Assembly: GCA_050273025.1 (NCBI GenBank)
Contig: CP158635.1
Location: forward strand, 5,580,001-5,644,000
Direction: 5' to 3'
DNA: 64,000 nucleotides
From: Cenococcum geophilum
Lineage: Eukaryota
A program made the position numbers and the translations under genes. This document shows, piece by piece, positions 51,058 to 64,000 of this stretch. The stretch's first letter is position 1. Every line of letters starts with the position of its first letter. The notes beneath the pieces are model-generated. The model was given only the letters and a program-made list of their open reading frames with translations. It did not search any database and was not told where the DNA came from.

Positions 51058-53989
51058 TGCGAAGGAGAGTAGTGGTCGTGAAAGATGGAAGTGGAGGGAG
51101 GAGCGAATTGGGATGAGCAGACGTTTCAATCGATGAAGGACGAGGCAAGAGGCACAGTCAGATGGCTACGTGGTACCTGGAGCACTGCTCTGGGATCAGT
51201 AACTGTGCTGCTGAGAACCAAACTGACCGCAGCAAGAGCTGCTGCAGAGGTTTTGGGGCTTGCATCAGATATAAACACGGGCTTGTGGAAGGGCATAGCT
51301 ACGAAGCTCGGAGGATGTTGGGAAGATCGCAGAAACGGTTCCCGAATGCAGTCCGAAGGTACCCGCGATATGATATTGAAGTGTTGGGATGCCTACTAGG
51401 AAGACCGGAGGTGCCAAGTCCACGACCGCCAGAACGCTATCGGTTACGGCGACAGAAGCGGTAGACGACGAGGGCGGCCCAAAAGTGCGATATCACGCCG
51501 CGAGGTGACTTTGGGCAGGAGTATGGAACCTGCAAAGGGTTCGAGAGGGACGATGGACTCGATTTCCTTCTCCTCTTCAATGGCTGTACCCTATCCGGAA
51601 GCCTGCTTTGTCCGTTGTAAATTGCGGGGAAGGCGCCCTCGTCAGCCAGTCACCACCACTAAACTTGTCGTCTCAAGGCTGCCGCTTGCAGCCCAATGAG
51701 ATTGCGTCTTTTTTCCCCCGCGGCCATCGAGAAATGTCTGGTCGTTGTTCATGCCCTTTCGCTCATACCCTTTCTGGGCCGTGGAGCTGAAAGCTTCCCT
51801 CGGCCCGTGTGTCTTGTGAAAGCGATCCAGCTCTGCGGGCGAGCCACCGAGGAGTGGGCTGCGTCGAGGCTTTGGCACACTCCTAAGTGTCGCGTGTATC
51901 AGCCAACACGACACATTGCGTTATTTACGCCCTCCTAAGCCCTAAGGAAATTCATGACAGCATAGGTCTGTCTCTCGTCATAGTTTAGTTGCAGTTTCTT
52001 GGGCCAATTCGCCGTCTCTGCTGAGCGGGGTTTGCTCGCGCGCAGCTTTCTCGAAGGCATGCTTGTGCGCTCCTACTACGGCTTCTCCATGTCTTATCGG
52101 TTCTTATCAGTGACGTCACCAAACTTCTTTGTGCAGCCCTGTGCAGCCCTGCCAGAAGCAGCAAAACACCTGTTCACTCACTCTCTCAACAATTCAATTT
52201 TTGCTCACCCGGCCTCTGCATTCCTTGCCATACCTTTCCGGCATGGTGCACTTGTGCTACGCTAAAGATAACCTCGGCTCAACACTCAGCTTCTGTTCAC
52301 GGCCGAGCGCATAAGCATTCCTCTGTAAAAAAACAACTAATGCACGTGTCAGCATAGTTTTGGACGCAGGACCTCTTTTCAACAAAAGCGGTGGCTGATG
52401 CGGCAAACCCCAAAACACCGAAATTGCTTGGTGCACGGGCGAATGTGGCTTGCTGTGTGTCGAGTAAGGTACATGTCTCGGCTGACCACTTCTATTCGCT
52501 CTCTTTTTCGGATTTTCCGGTGGTGAGATGTGCATGTCACACTTCAAGACCCACATGCTCCCTAACTTGGCTCTGTATCTCATTCTTTTCTCCGCTGTCC
52601 GCGGCCGGGAGCGCTTCACGTCGGGACGAGACCGGAAGTCCTCCCGGACGAAAAGGTGTTTTTTCTTTCTTTCTCTTTTTTTTTAACAGCACATTGTGTT
52701 GCCAGAAGTGATTTAAGGTGCCCTATTCCTGCAACTTCTGGAACTTTGCTGAGACAAGTCAAGTCCATGTCTCGCCAGACATTGAGCGGGTATCCTCAGT
52801 CCCTTGGTGGTCTCCTCAACAAAAGCCATCTCTTTCGAAACCATAGAAAGATCGTCAAATTTCTATAATTTGAGAACCCAGAAAAGAAGAGGCAGGTTTC
52901 TCTGAATAAACTCATCTATTGTCAAGCTAGGTCAGGTTTGAACCATATCAATGTGTTATTATCCCTTGGACTGGTGGCGTACTACGATAATTAGACCGTG
53001 CGCAAAACAACAGAATCAAAAGTACGCGTATTACCTACATAGATTCAAACATTATACGTTAATCAACCATGCCTTCTAATCGTACTTCTAATCATATAGA
53101 CTTGATTCCATCAATTTAATATTTAATTCCACCGACTCGGAAGGCAAAAGACACCCCCCCTCGGCAGCCGTGGCCGTTGCCCTCCTTAAAGCCTTTATAT
53201 ATCGCGGATTTTGATAGCTATGGCACCCTAAATTTTCCTCCAAACCTCGCCGTTTGCAAAATTCCGTTCTATCGAAACGATAGATATCAGTTATTTTATC
53301 TTAAGCGACTTGACTCCAAAGATTGGGTATATATAGTAATTGTATAAATATAGCTAATAAAAGTTCTTACATCTTCCTAATTAGGAAGTTTGGCTTACCG
53401 CCCACCAAAATATTATAAATTCTATTACTAGAGGCTTAAAACGTGTATTTAAAGCTTTAAATAACAATATATAGATGATTAATTAATTAATTAATTAATT
53501 AATAAGCTAGACGTTTTTAAGGTTATAAGCTCTGCGCGACTATAGGTTTCTACTCCGTACTAGCTCCCCTAAAGCCGTATTATTATTTAATAACCTTATA
53601 ATATCTAATAACTACTTAGGTAAGGGATAACTTTTTAGCCATTATATCTACCTTATTTATTCGTATTACGTTATTAAGGAAGTATACTATATCTATTCCA
53701 AGTATTAAATTAAGGTGGATTTTATAGAAAGGAACCACTAACTAAGTTAGTAGTCTTCTTAATATCACCTTATAAGCTTTCTTTACTCTATATAATTTAT
53801 ATTCTATTATTATTAGGCCCTTTAGAACTGCGTCCGTTACTAACTAAAGTAAGTACTTAATTACTTCTTTTCCTATATAGCCTAATTGCTAATACTATAT
53901 ATAGCCTTCTGTCCTAACCGCGAGAGTTATTATATATTTTATTAAATAAATATTTACGTATATATATTAAAGGAAACTGGAGCTCTTGC

Positions 53990-54690
53990 TGCACCTAGCC
54001 TAAAAAAACCAAAACTGGCCGAAAGAACCCTAAAAAACACCTAGAGATTCCCCTAAAGATGCATACATTATAGGGGAGGCACATATTAAACAATAGTGGT
54101 TTATACTCGCGCGTATCCGCTAAACCCACGCCTAGTAGTAGCCCTCTATAATAAGAACGGGTAAATACTATACTATAAAGCGGGAAGATCTCTATTAAGA
54201 AGGCATTTAATAAAATATAAAGCCTATTAGACACGTCTAGTATCTATAACTATAGGGGAGCAACCGTTAGCTATAACGAACTAAGATAGCTAGTAAAATG
54301 GCTCTGCTAGTCTAGTAAACCTTAGGCGCCCCTTTAGCAAACCCTTAATTAAATCCTTTAATGGCTAAGTAAAAATAAAAATAAAAAAAACCCCTCTTTA
54401 CTAGTAAGCCGTACCTAGGCCGCTATAGCTGCGCTTCTATAGTATAGGGAACCCACCCCCCTTAAGATAATAACTAGATATATAATTATAATATAACTAA
54501 ATATAGAAGAAGTAGAGGGGCTTAGGGGATAATTAGAAATAGAAGTCCTTATAAAGATTTATAAAGAAGTCTATAACGCTATTATACTCTAATACCTTAA
54601 AAGCGGAGATATTAGAGTTATCCTAAAGGACTAATAGGTAAAGGAATAGGCTATAAGGGTAGAGGATAGACTAGGAGAACGTATTAGCAT
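53990..54690 (+). pseudogene. RIPed LINE (Tad1-like) ORF1-like relic, truncated by gypsy 3
   Basis: Protein-like reading with LKSGDIRV (cf. the LxSGD motif of fungal LINE ORF1) at ~54597-54620. Ends abruptly at the LTR-like boundary 54691. Confidence 0.4.
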
Positions 54691-57600
54691 TATAACGAAG
54701 CCTTATAGGAAATACTACGGTAGACTTATTAATGGGCTAGGTATATAGGTATAGAATAGTCAATAACGTAAATATAACTAGTGGAGTGGTTACCTAACAG
54801 ATTAACTCCAATTATATTCTAAGATTTACTATAAAGGAGAGAACTATCTAAGTAGGAACTGTGGTTCTTTAAACACACAACCGTACTCCTAAAAAATCCC
54901 CTTAGTACGTAAGATACGTGTGCTCTGTTTACTCTATTATAGATCCTATAGATCGTTTAAATTATATAGATTACGTTATATGACCTTAGCTACCATTCCT
55001 CATCATATAGTTTTACCGGCTCTATTTTAGACTATGCTTTAATTAACTAACTAGCTACTTCTAACTCTTCTCTTAGTAGTCGTAACATTGTACTTAAAGC
55101 GTTTATAATACCATCTCCCTTCTCTTTATCTTCGTCCTTAAAGATCCTAAATATCTCTAAGTTGTCTACTAGAGGTATAATATCTGTCTAATTAATTTAG
55201 TTAATATTGTTACTTATTATACCTAAAGTTTCTTCTTCTTCTTTAACTATTCGTCGTGCTCGCACCGTTACTATAATATTGTCTCTTAGTGAGATTATAC
55301 TATCTCCGTATTCTTATTATGCGAAAGAGGAATTAGTCTATATTGCGTTAGCAAGTCTATCCTCTTAATAACTGTCCTCTTGCTTAGAGTATACTAAAGC
55401 AAATATTCGCTTGTCCTATAATATTTATTCTATCTTTAATACTAAATATACGCGTTTTATTACTCTTAATAGTTGTCTAGTTCCCTAATTAATTTATCTT
55501 AGGGTTTTATATTTAATCTACTACTACTCGCCTTAATAATAAATTATTAATCGCTTTAGTTAAGTTGCGTTATTCTTATAATACTAAATAAGAGGCTGCT
55601 AATGCTTAATAACGGGCCCTTAATTCTCGTCTTGCAGCGTCTGCTTAGTTAATCCATCTTAAGAAAGTTCGTAAGAAGGTCCGTTTTAAGGAGTAGAAAC
55701 TTATAAAATAAGGTTTATAGGAACTTAGCAATAAAAAATGGATTCTCTTTTAACTAAGAAGGAAATAGATCTAAGTAGTTTAGCAACTGCTCTTCTTAGG
55801 TCCCCCTTAGGTAACTTATTCTTTAGCAATCCTTTTTTATTAATACTACCTAACCTAATCTCTTCTAATACTCCTATACCTTTCTTATAGCATTTTTAAA
55901 TTCTCTAGTAGTTTCTAGGTAGTCTTATTATAGCCTATCCACTTAACCTTATACTATATTTTATTATTAATATCCTTATAACTAATAATCTTTAAAACTT
56001 ACTATTTGTCTTCTTCTTATCCTTTATACGTATTTACTTTATAAACTAATAGCTTAATATTCCTATATACTGGCTCTAGCATTGCAATATACTATATAGG
56101 GTAAATCTTTATTTTAGCTAGTAGGTTTAACTTAAATATAACCGGTAAAATCCTTTATATAATTTTAAAAGGTCCTAGTTTAATATAGTCTCACTTCTTA
56201 CTTAGTTATTAACTCTTAAAATTTTTATATAGTAGTTATACTTTATCTCCCTCCTTAAGATCTAGTCCCTTAGATCTCTTAGCATTATAGTACTTTTTTA
56301 TTCTTTCTTATACTCTTTTTACTAATTCTATAAGGTCTATATAAAGATTTATTAGTATCTTTATCCTTTCTTTAGCTGTGCTACTTATTTTCTTCGCCTA
56401 TTATAATAACAACGATATTTTTAGCTTATATCTATAATTTACCTTAAATAGTAATATGCCTATTCCTTTTTATGGTGTTATATTATATATAAACTATATA
56501 ACTAGTAATAGTAATACCCAAATTATTTTGTGTATAATTAACATAATATTTTAGATACTATTTTAGCGTCTAATTTAATCTTTTTGTTTAACTGTCTATC
56601 TGTAGATAATATATAGTAAAAGTTACTACTCTAACTCCTTACTTTGCTAAGAATACCTCCTATGTTATAGTGCTATAATAAAGTAGACTAAATAACTACG
56701 TTGTGGTATAAAGAGGGGAAGAAGGTAGAAAGGGGGTATTGTATATAAATAGTAGGGCCGGCTGCTAAGTCGCTAGTGGTGGGCTAGCTAACAGTAGGAA
56801 ACAGTATAAGATAGTATGAAATAGTATACGTTAGGTCAGTGCCGTAATAGTACTCCTCTCCCCTAGATGGTTTGGTTCCTAAACTAAATAAATAACTTAA
56901 AAATAGGCAGTATATAGGGTTGCCTATTTTTTACCGTAAAGATATTAGTTCCGCTTACCGCCCTTAACTAAGCTAATGGCGATTTTTTATACCGGGCATA
57001 GAAAATCCTAATTAGTTAGTTTAGTGAGTAAGGTTAGTAGAACTTTATACTGCCACCTAAATTAATCCGCGTGGCATTTCTTAGCAAGAATTTGGCTAAT
57101 TAGACAACTTTAACCGCCGATTAAAGTTCTATAACATCTTAACTACCATAAATTTTAATACGGTGGTTAACCGCGACCTTAGCGTGACTTTTTTTTATCT
57201 TATACCTAGTCTAGGGGTCCTAGCTTCTTAGGGTGTTACTTATAAAAGCGCTATATAGCTTATTTATAACCCTTTAGGTCTTCCTTTAGCTGCTAGGTTG
57301 TATCCTTATAATATTTCTATTTAATCTTATAAGTTAGGCCCTAGGGGTCTTTATCGTGTACATTAAGGATTTTCTTAAACTCCCATTTGTCTTCTATATT
57401 GCCGTTATTATCTCTCTCTACCACTCGTCCTTATATATTATAACGCTCTATAGTATTAATATTTGCTTAGCTAGGGATCTCTTTAGCAGCCTAGAGGCGG
57501 ACCTTAGATATATAAAAGGATTTATTTACTTAGATATAGTCTGGGAGGTCTACTATAACTACCCCTTAGTATACTGCGAGTACGGGGTATAGGCCGTTCT

Positions 57601-60600
57601 ATTTATTGTCCTATTTCTTCTTAGGTCTTTTTATCTTTATATTTTCTAAGCTAACTATAACTATATCGCCTTTGTAAAATAACGCGCTCTTATCCCTATA
57701 GGTATTAGTATTATCTTTATAGCGTTACTATAAAACCCAGGCTAGGGCCTTAAGCTATATTAATATCTACTTAAAGCGGTTGGCTATAGAGTCTACGCGG
57801 AAGAACTTCTTCTTTACTTATACTAATAGTGTTAATAGGTAGAGGCTAGCAGGCTTAATTCCGAGGTAAGGGTTAAAGCTATAGTTTATAAAAAATAGGG
57901 AGATGCCTATACTCTTATTGACTTGGTTATTTATAGTAAACTTAGTAAGCAGTAAGTAGTTAACCTAGTTATTCTATATAAAGCTAGCAAAAGTATAGAG
58001 GTATTTATTTACGGCAGCGTTAATAATTTTAGTTTAGCCGTCTATTTTTAGGTGTTAGGCTAAGCTTAGTTATAAGGTTGTCTTAAGGCGTTTACTTAGT
58101 TGTTGCTAAAAGTTGCTAATAAATTATATGCCGCGATCGGAGATAATCGTGCTTAGTGCACTGTGGAGCTTATATATATTGTTAATAAAGCTATTAACTA
58201 GCTCCTTTGTTAAGAGTCCTGTTACTAAAATAAGGTATTATATTTTAGTTAAGCGGTCTATAATAATAAGGATATGTTTATATGCCTTGCCGTGGCGTTA
58301 GTATACTGGTAGCGTTATAATATAGTTAATTAAGATATTGGTCTATGGGCGGGCAGGTAATTCTAGTAGCTTTAAGAAACTAGGCGGGGCAGAATAAGGG
58401 GTCTTAGTGCGAAAGTATAGGGCATAGTCTTTAACAAAGGTAGCCGTAAACTAGGAGATTTCTAGCCACTAATATATTTAGTTTAAGAGGTTAAGAGTTT
58501 TAACCTGGCTAGGGTAACTAGCGGGGCCACTGCTATAAGAGCAATAGGTAACTTTTAGGCGGAGGTCTAGGGCGTTAGGGACAAAGAAACGTTAGCGGAA
58601 GTAGATCTATCCGTTAATAATACTATATTTTAACTTATCGCAATAGAGTAGTTTCCTAATCTTCTTTAGCTAATAGCGAGCTTTCTAATTACGTAGGGCT
58701 GCTACTATATCTCTTGCAAGTTTGTTCTCCTAATATCCTAGCTAGATTAACTCGTCTAGTAACTTTTTAGCTATTTTAGGGTCTAGAGTAGCTATAAACT
58801 CTATGTTATTAGAGTTACGGGACTTATATAGTAATTTTTCTAAGATTATAAGGTTAACTTTCTAGGCGGTATAATGACTTGGGCTCAGTAGCGGAGGTAT
58901 TTATTATTGGCGTCCTTAGGCCTTATTCCTAGTAGCTAGCTTAGGGCGTTAAGGAGCGTGGCTTTACTACTAGGTCTATATATAATTATAAAGTTAAACT
59001 ATAAAAGAAACTCTGCCTACTAAACTTAGCGCTAGTTTAGCTGCTTAGTAGTTATAAACGTCTATAGGTTTTTATAGTCGGTAATAATTTTAAACAGCTC
59101 CTTAGTCCCTTACAACTTAGGACGCTATTCCTCTAAAGCCTTAACGATAGCTAAGAGTTCTTTATTATAGATCTTATAGTTATACTCTGGCGTAGAGTAC
59201 TTTATAGAGAAGAATACAACTAGTTTTAATTTTCTATTATTATACTAGGAAAGGACTCTACTAAAAGCCCAATTTAATACGTCTATCTCTACTACTGTTT
59301 TTTTTATATAGTTATAGTATGCTAGTACTAGTGCTAAAGTAAAGGCTCCCTTAAGGGCTTTAAATAATTTGGCTTGTTCTGGTCCCCATAGCTATCCAAT
59401 ATCCTTCTTTAGGAGTTTTATTATAGGTATAGTAATAGCAGAGTAGCCTTAGATAAATTGTTAGTAGAAGTTTACAAAGCCGAGAAATTATTATAGTTCT
59501 TTAATTAATGTTAGGTCCTTTTATTTCTGTAAGGCCTATACCTTCTTAAGGTCTATAGTTATGCCATTAGTTAAGATAATTAAGCCAAGGTATTTTGTTT
59601 TAGTAGAGTAAAACTTAAACTTATTAATATTAATCTAAAGTCTAGTATTACTAAGTCTTTAGATAACTTTATTTATATGCTTAGTATACTTAGCGCGTGT
59701 TTTAGAAAAGACAAGGACGTTATTAAGGTAGGTAGTGTAGTAGTTGTTAAGGGCGTTATATAGAATATAGTTAATATAGTTCTGGAATATAGTGGGTACA
59801 TTATAGAGGCCAAATAGTATAACTAGTATTTTATAGAGTCCGAACCGGGTAATAAATACTATAAGCTATTTATGGCCCTTTGCAATCCGGATCTGGTTAA
59901 ACGTAGCAATTATATTAAGTTTAGTAAAGTACTTAGCACTATAGAGTGCGTTAAGTATCTTGCGGATTAGTAGCAGTGGGTATTAATTCTTAATAATAAC
60001 TATGTTTAGGCCTTAGTAGTTATAGTAGATTTATATACCGCTGCCGGGCTTAGTAGTAAAGAGAAGTAGTACGGTAGCTAGTAAGGTTAATTCGCGGATA
60101 AAACCCTTATCTAGCATCTTATTAATCTACTTCTTTACATACCTAAGTTTAGCAGGTAAGAGTGGTCTGTTTTTATAGTATAGGGCTTAGTTTCTAGGGG
60201 TAATCTTAATTTTATGGTCCTATAGTTAGTAAGGGGGTAGCTTATCTATGTTCTTAGGGAGGAAGTGCTTAATATATTTACTAAACTCCTTTAATAGGCG
60301 TTATAGAATATCTTCGCGGGTTAATCCTAGTTTGCCTTTTAGGAATTTTTTAATATTAGTATTAACTATCTTTTAATATAAAAGCTTGGGTTTAGTTTTT
60401 AAATTTATCTTAAGGAAGTTATAGAAATAGGGGGGGAGCACTTTACGGGCTTCCTTTATTGTATAGTCGCCTTCTACTAGTTAGCGGAAAGACCTTTCTA
60501 ATAGGTTTAGTACTTCTATTAGGCCTATAGGCAGCTCTTTAAGCAGCTATTAGTGCTTATCTTATTTAACTAGTTCTACTAGCTCCGCTATATAGATCCT

Positions 60601-63600
60601 TATTACCTTTATATCTTTTTATTTATAGAACTAGGTAAAATTAATAGTATAAGTGTATTTAATATTGTCTAGGTTAGGGCGTATCTGGTTCTCTAGTACT
60701 ATAGCTAGGCTAGCATAGCTTAGTTAGCCTAGGGGGGCGGAAATAAGGCGGCGGCCCTATACAGTACGCGCGGGAGATAGGTGTAAGGTTAGGCGTTACA
60801 GTGGCGCGGTTTCTATTATCTAGGTCTTAGTAGTTCTATAGCTAGTCCTTACTATAACGCGAGCTGTAGTGTGCGTATATAGTATATAGCTTAGTTCTAG
60901 GTATTGGGCTAGGTAGCTAGGGTTTAAATAGTACCTAGGTTGGGGTTGGATTCTTAGTAGTAACGGCGTAAAGTGGACCTTCTTCTTTAGTCTTGGTAGG
61001 GCTAGCTAGCCTATTATTTTAGTCTTAAGTGCTAGGGTAGTCTAGTCTTCTACTATCTCATTTCTTTACAGTTATATAGGCTCTCCTTTATTAGAAATAT
61101 CTTTTACTATTAAGGCTTTATATATAGTTCTAGGCACTAGGCTTAGTAGTGCTAAGTATCTATATAGGGCGTCCCTACTAACACCGGCTATCCCCTACAG
61201 GAGGTAGTGCTTAGAGTAGTAGTCTAAGTTAAAGCGGATTTTAAGTTTCCTAAAGCTGGGACAGGGCTCGTGCTTCTAAAGCTAGGGTATACCTAGGATA
61301 ATTAGGGTAGCGGGCGAGAGTTTAGTAACGAAAAAGAGTATAGCTTTAGTATAGAGGCCAATTAATATTTAGGCAGTAAAGTAGTCCGTAATAAGCGAAG
61401 CTAGGATACTATCTGTAAGACGTAGTAGTCTAGGTGCCAGCAGCTTCTTATTTATAACGTTATACTTATAATAGACTCTATATTGGTAAATGCCATTATA
61501 GTACTACTGGAGTCCACTAGGCTTACTATATTAATATAAACTTAGGGGTATAGGTTATGTAATAAGGAGAGTTGGGTTTAAATAAGGATTAATTTCTTAT
61601 TACTATTTGCTAATCTAAGATTAAGTAGCAGTTTACTAATAGAAAGGACTAATTAATCTAGTAACAGGGACCTAATTTTCTCGTCTTCCTCTTTATATAG
61701 TTTAGACCCTTAAACGTGATTTTGTTTAAGGGTTTACCTTTTAATAACTAGGGTACGGGGCTGTCTTAGCAGGGCGGTCTAGTGTCCGTCTAACTGGCGA
61801 TGTTAGTTTCGGTTTTAGTTAGGGTATAAAAAGACGATACCTTGCTAATAATATAGCCGTGTTTATATTTGCTAGCGCGAAGTCACTAATACTAAGCGTT
61901 ATTAATAGGTTGGGCTCCTATATAGGGTATAGTTTAGAGTAACTAAGCCGTAGGGTTAAAGGGGGGGGGGGGGGGTTGTCCGCTACGGCTATAATAGGCT
62001 CTACGCTTGCCGCGTTTATAATAGACTCTATAGTTACTATATCCGCGGTTATTAGTTCGCGTTATTTAATGGGGTAGTATTAGGACTAGGTTTACTATCT
62101 TAGTAGGGTTATAAGTATCCTTCTAGTGGCCGGGCAGGCTATAGGCAAGGTATAGTCTATTATTAACGTGGCGCTTATACTCTATGTCTAAGATTCTATT
62201 AAGGTTTATAGGTTTTCTAGTTACTACTAGGGTTAGGGTTAATATAGGGGCGGGGCTTAGGCAGGTAGGCAGTGGTTAGCGTTCTTCTTAAGGTTAGCTT
62301 AGTGTATATAGTTTATAAGGTTCTTAGCAAACATATTTATCTGCTTACTTTAACCTATATAGTCGCTGTTATTAATTTTATAGGTAAGTCTAAGTACTAG
62401 CTCTTCTATCTTTGGAGAGATAAACTTTTAGAGTAGGTCCACCTTCTATTTATTTATCTTCTTAGCGCAGACTATTAGCTTATTAAGATCTTTCTTTTAG
62501 GACTAGTAATTACGCTCGCCCTAGGGGAAATAGTTAAGCTTATTTTTTTTACAACTTGGGTTATATTAAGGACCTTATAGTAGGTAGTAAGGTCTTTAAG
62601 TATATCTTCTTTAGTAGGCCATTTCCACGCAGATATATTATTTAGGTTCTTATATATAAGCTCTAGGCCCTACTTAATAAACTTATAGGCCTTATCCTTT
62701 AGCATATCCGAGATATAAAGGATCTGGGACTAAACTATATTAAAGTAGTCCCAGTCCTAGTTAAAGACTCCCTTAATCTTAATATGCTAGGTTTTAAAAT
62801 TAGCTTATTGTTCTAGTAGGGTACCTTTTCCGCTAAATATTGGCGGGTCTTTAGATCTCCGTTTTTTCTGCTAGGTTGCTACCGTTATTATAGGGGTTAA
62901 TTATTTTAGAACGGTGATAGTTTCTACTTAGGAGTTAATAGTTCCTATCTAGGAAATAATAAGGGCACTAAGGTTTTTATTAGCTTTTTTATTGGTGGTG
63001 TTTGTGTTATATATACACTATAGTCCTACTTTAATGTTATTAAGGAACTTGTTAGTATAGTTAATAAGGGTAAGGTAAGCTTTGCTAGGCTTAAAGGTCT
63101 TAAGGTATAGTAGGGAGCGGCGGATTATTTATATAATATTAGGGTATGTCTCTATAAAGAGATCTGCGAAGACGTTATAGGGGTTCTAGGTTTCGGTTAT
63201 TTCGGCATTATTAGTATTACCTATCTAGGCGCTAGGTAAAAACTAAGGATTATTCTAGGACTATACTAGGGACGTATTGGTTTTAGTAGAGGCGCGCGTA
63301 GGTCGCGATTGCTCTAGGGTAGAGGTTAATTAGCTAGGGTATAAGGAGTTAGTAATTGCGATGGGGCGCAAATTAAAGATACCATAAACTGTTATAGTGC
63401 TGCAATAAAGTAGACTAAATAACTACGTTGTGGTATAAAGAGGGAAAGAAGGTAGAAAGGGGGTATTGTATATAAATAGTAGGGCCGGCCGCCAAGTCGC
63501 TAGTGGTGGGCTAGCTAATAGTAGGAAATAGTACGAGATAGTATGAAACAGTATGTATTAGGTCAGTGCCGTGATATCCTAGAATGCTACTATAAATCTT

Positions 63601-64000
63601 AAATCTCTATCCGATATAATTTTACTTAGTACTCTATATCTTATAAACACTTCTCTAATATAGATTCTAGCGATATTCTTCGCTAAGATTTCTTCTATAT
63701 ATGCTATAAAGTAGCTCCATTTAGTTAACTTGTCCACTATTACTAAGATTACGTTATACTCTTATCTAGTAATAGGATCTCTTAACTTTAGTAACTTAAT
63801 AATAAAGTCCTATAATATAATCTCCTATAGTCTCTTTAGTATTTTAATAGGTTATAGCCCTCTATATAGCTTATACCTTATTAGTTTATTCCTTTAGTAA
63901 TCTAGATACTCTTTTATTACTTTTCTTATAATATTTTAGATTCTATTAATAATATATTCTTCTTAAAGTCTTAATACTAAGCCTATTACTCCATTATGTC
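54691..64000 (-). mobile_element. Ty3/gypsy chromovirus (gypsy 3), 3' part, interrupted in integrase by gypsy 2; continues beyond the window
   Basis: Integrase C.DC..NK, DFIIKLP, VIVDKLTK, IISDRD (63590-63910). It continues after the insertion as F-W-E-V-F...YHPQTDGQTERLNQ (~56570-56660), then the GPF module (~56170) and chromodomain YEVKWTGYDETTWE (~55915-55955). PPT AAAGAGAAGGGAGATGG at 55111-55127. Probable 3' LTR 54691-55110. Confidence 0.85.
56663..63576 (-). mobile_element. Ty3/gypsy chromovirus LTR retrotransposon (gypsy 2), full length, RIPed
   Basis: 187-bp LTRs 56663-56849 and 63390-63576; TSD TCCTA (56658-56662 / 63577-63581). PPT AGGGGAGAGGAG adjacent to 56850. RT TYLDDVLVFS ~59703-59733, RNase H YDKELLAIV ~59145, integrase IISDRG ~58130, chromodomain ~57240-57400. 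Confidence 0.96.

Noticed and set aside
51058..51129. TTG-initiated N-terminal extension of the mitochondrial carrier
   Set aside because: Non-ATG start from the ORF caller, with an in-frame stop shortly upstream. Carriers do not need a presequence, and there is no conservation evidence available here.
51162..52868. Cluster of overlapping 60-120 aa ORFs upstream of the carrier
   Set aside because: GC-rich promoter/5' region with no domain-like content; expected by chance.
53477..53503. (TTAA)n run as tandem piggyBac footprints
   Set aside because: More simply a microsatellite, possibly RIP-converted from TGAT/TCAA-type units.
7180..58301. Short ORFs in AT-rich blocks (e.g. 7180, 7292, 11852, 27955, 36153, 37584, 53995, 57356, 58113)
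   Set aside because: Off-frame or antisense fragments of RIPed TE genes.
1..64000. Starship giant element or intact biosynthetic gene cluster
   Set aside because: No DUF3435 captain-like motifs and no PKS/NRPS/terpene synthase seen. BUD22 and the carrier are core genes.

Overview
Filamentous-ascomycete (probably Dothideomycete-like; inference) genomic DNA with a two-compartment layout. Four intact, intron-containing host genes lie in GC-balanced islands: a secreted BBE-like FAD oxidoreductase, BUD22, a PTH11/rhodopsin-domain membrane protein and a mitochondrial 2-oxoglutarate/malate carrier. There are also two unRIPed pseudogenes (an O-methyltransferase and a secreted hypothetical protein). 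About 70% of the window is AT-rich transposon DNA with strong RIP signatures (CA->TA, TG->TA). It resolves into nests, most bounded by exact target-site duplications. Nest 1 is a MULE (9-bp TSD, ~140-bp TIRs) containing a chromoviral Ty3/gypsy. Nest 2 is a piggyBac relic containing a GalEa-type Ty1/copia, which in turn holds an inverted copy of its own family and a hAT MITE. A Helitron-type RepHel element lies beside a 4x ~255-bp satellite and a copia gag fragment. Nest 3 is a LINE-like relic, interrupted by a gypsy, interrupted by another gypsy. I see no clearly new enzymatic system. The best leads are: a non-coding stem-loop conserved in the 3' UTRs of two gypsy families with unrelated LTRs; self-priming PBS signatures; a RIP-free MULE TIR 91 bp upstream of BUD22; a possibly captured intron-containing gene fused to the piggyBac; a dispersed TTACGGAC motif in the copia family; and a TCCCTTAACCCG-terminated MITE family. 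All protein readings in RIPed DNA are manual and partly back-corrected for RIP.
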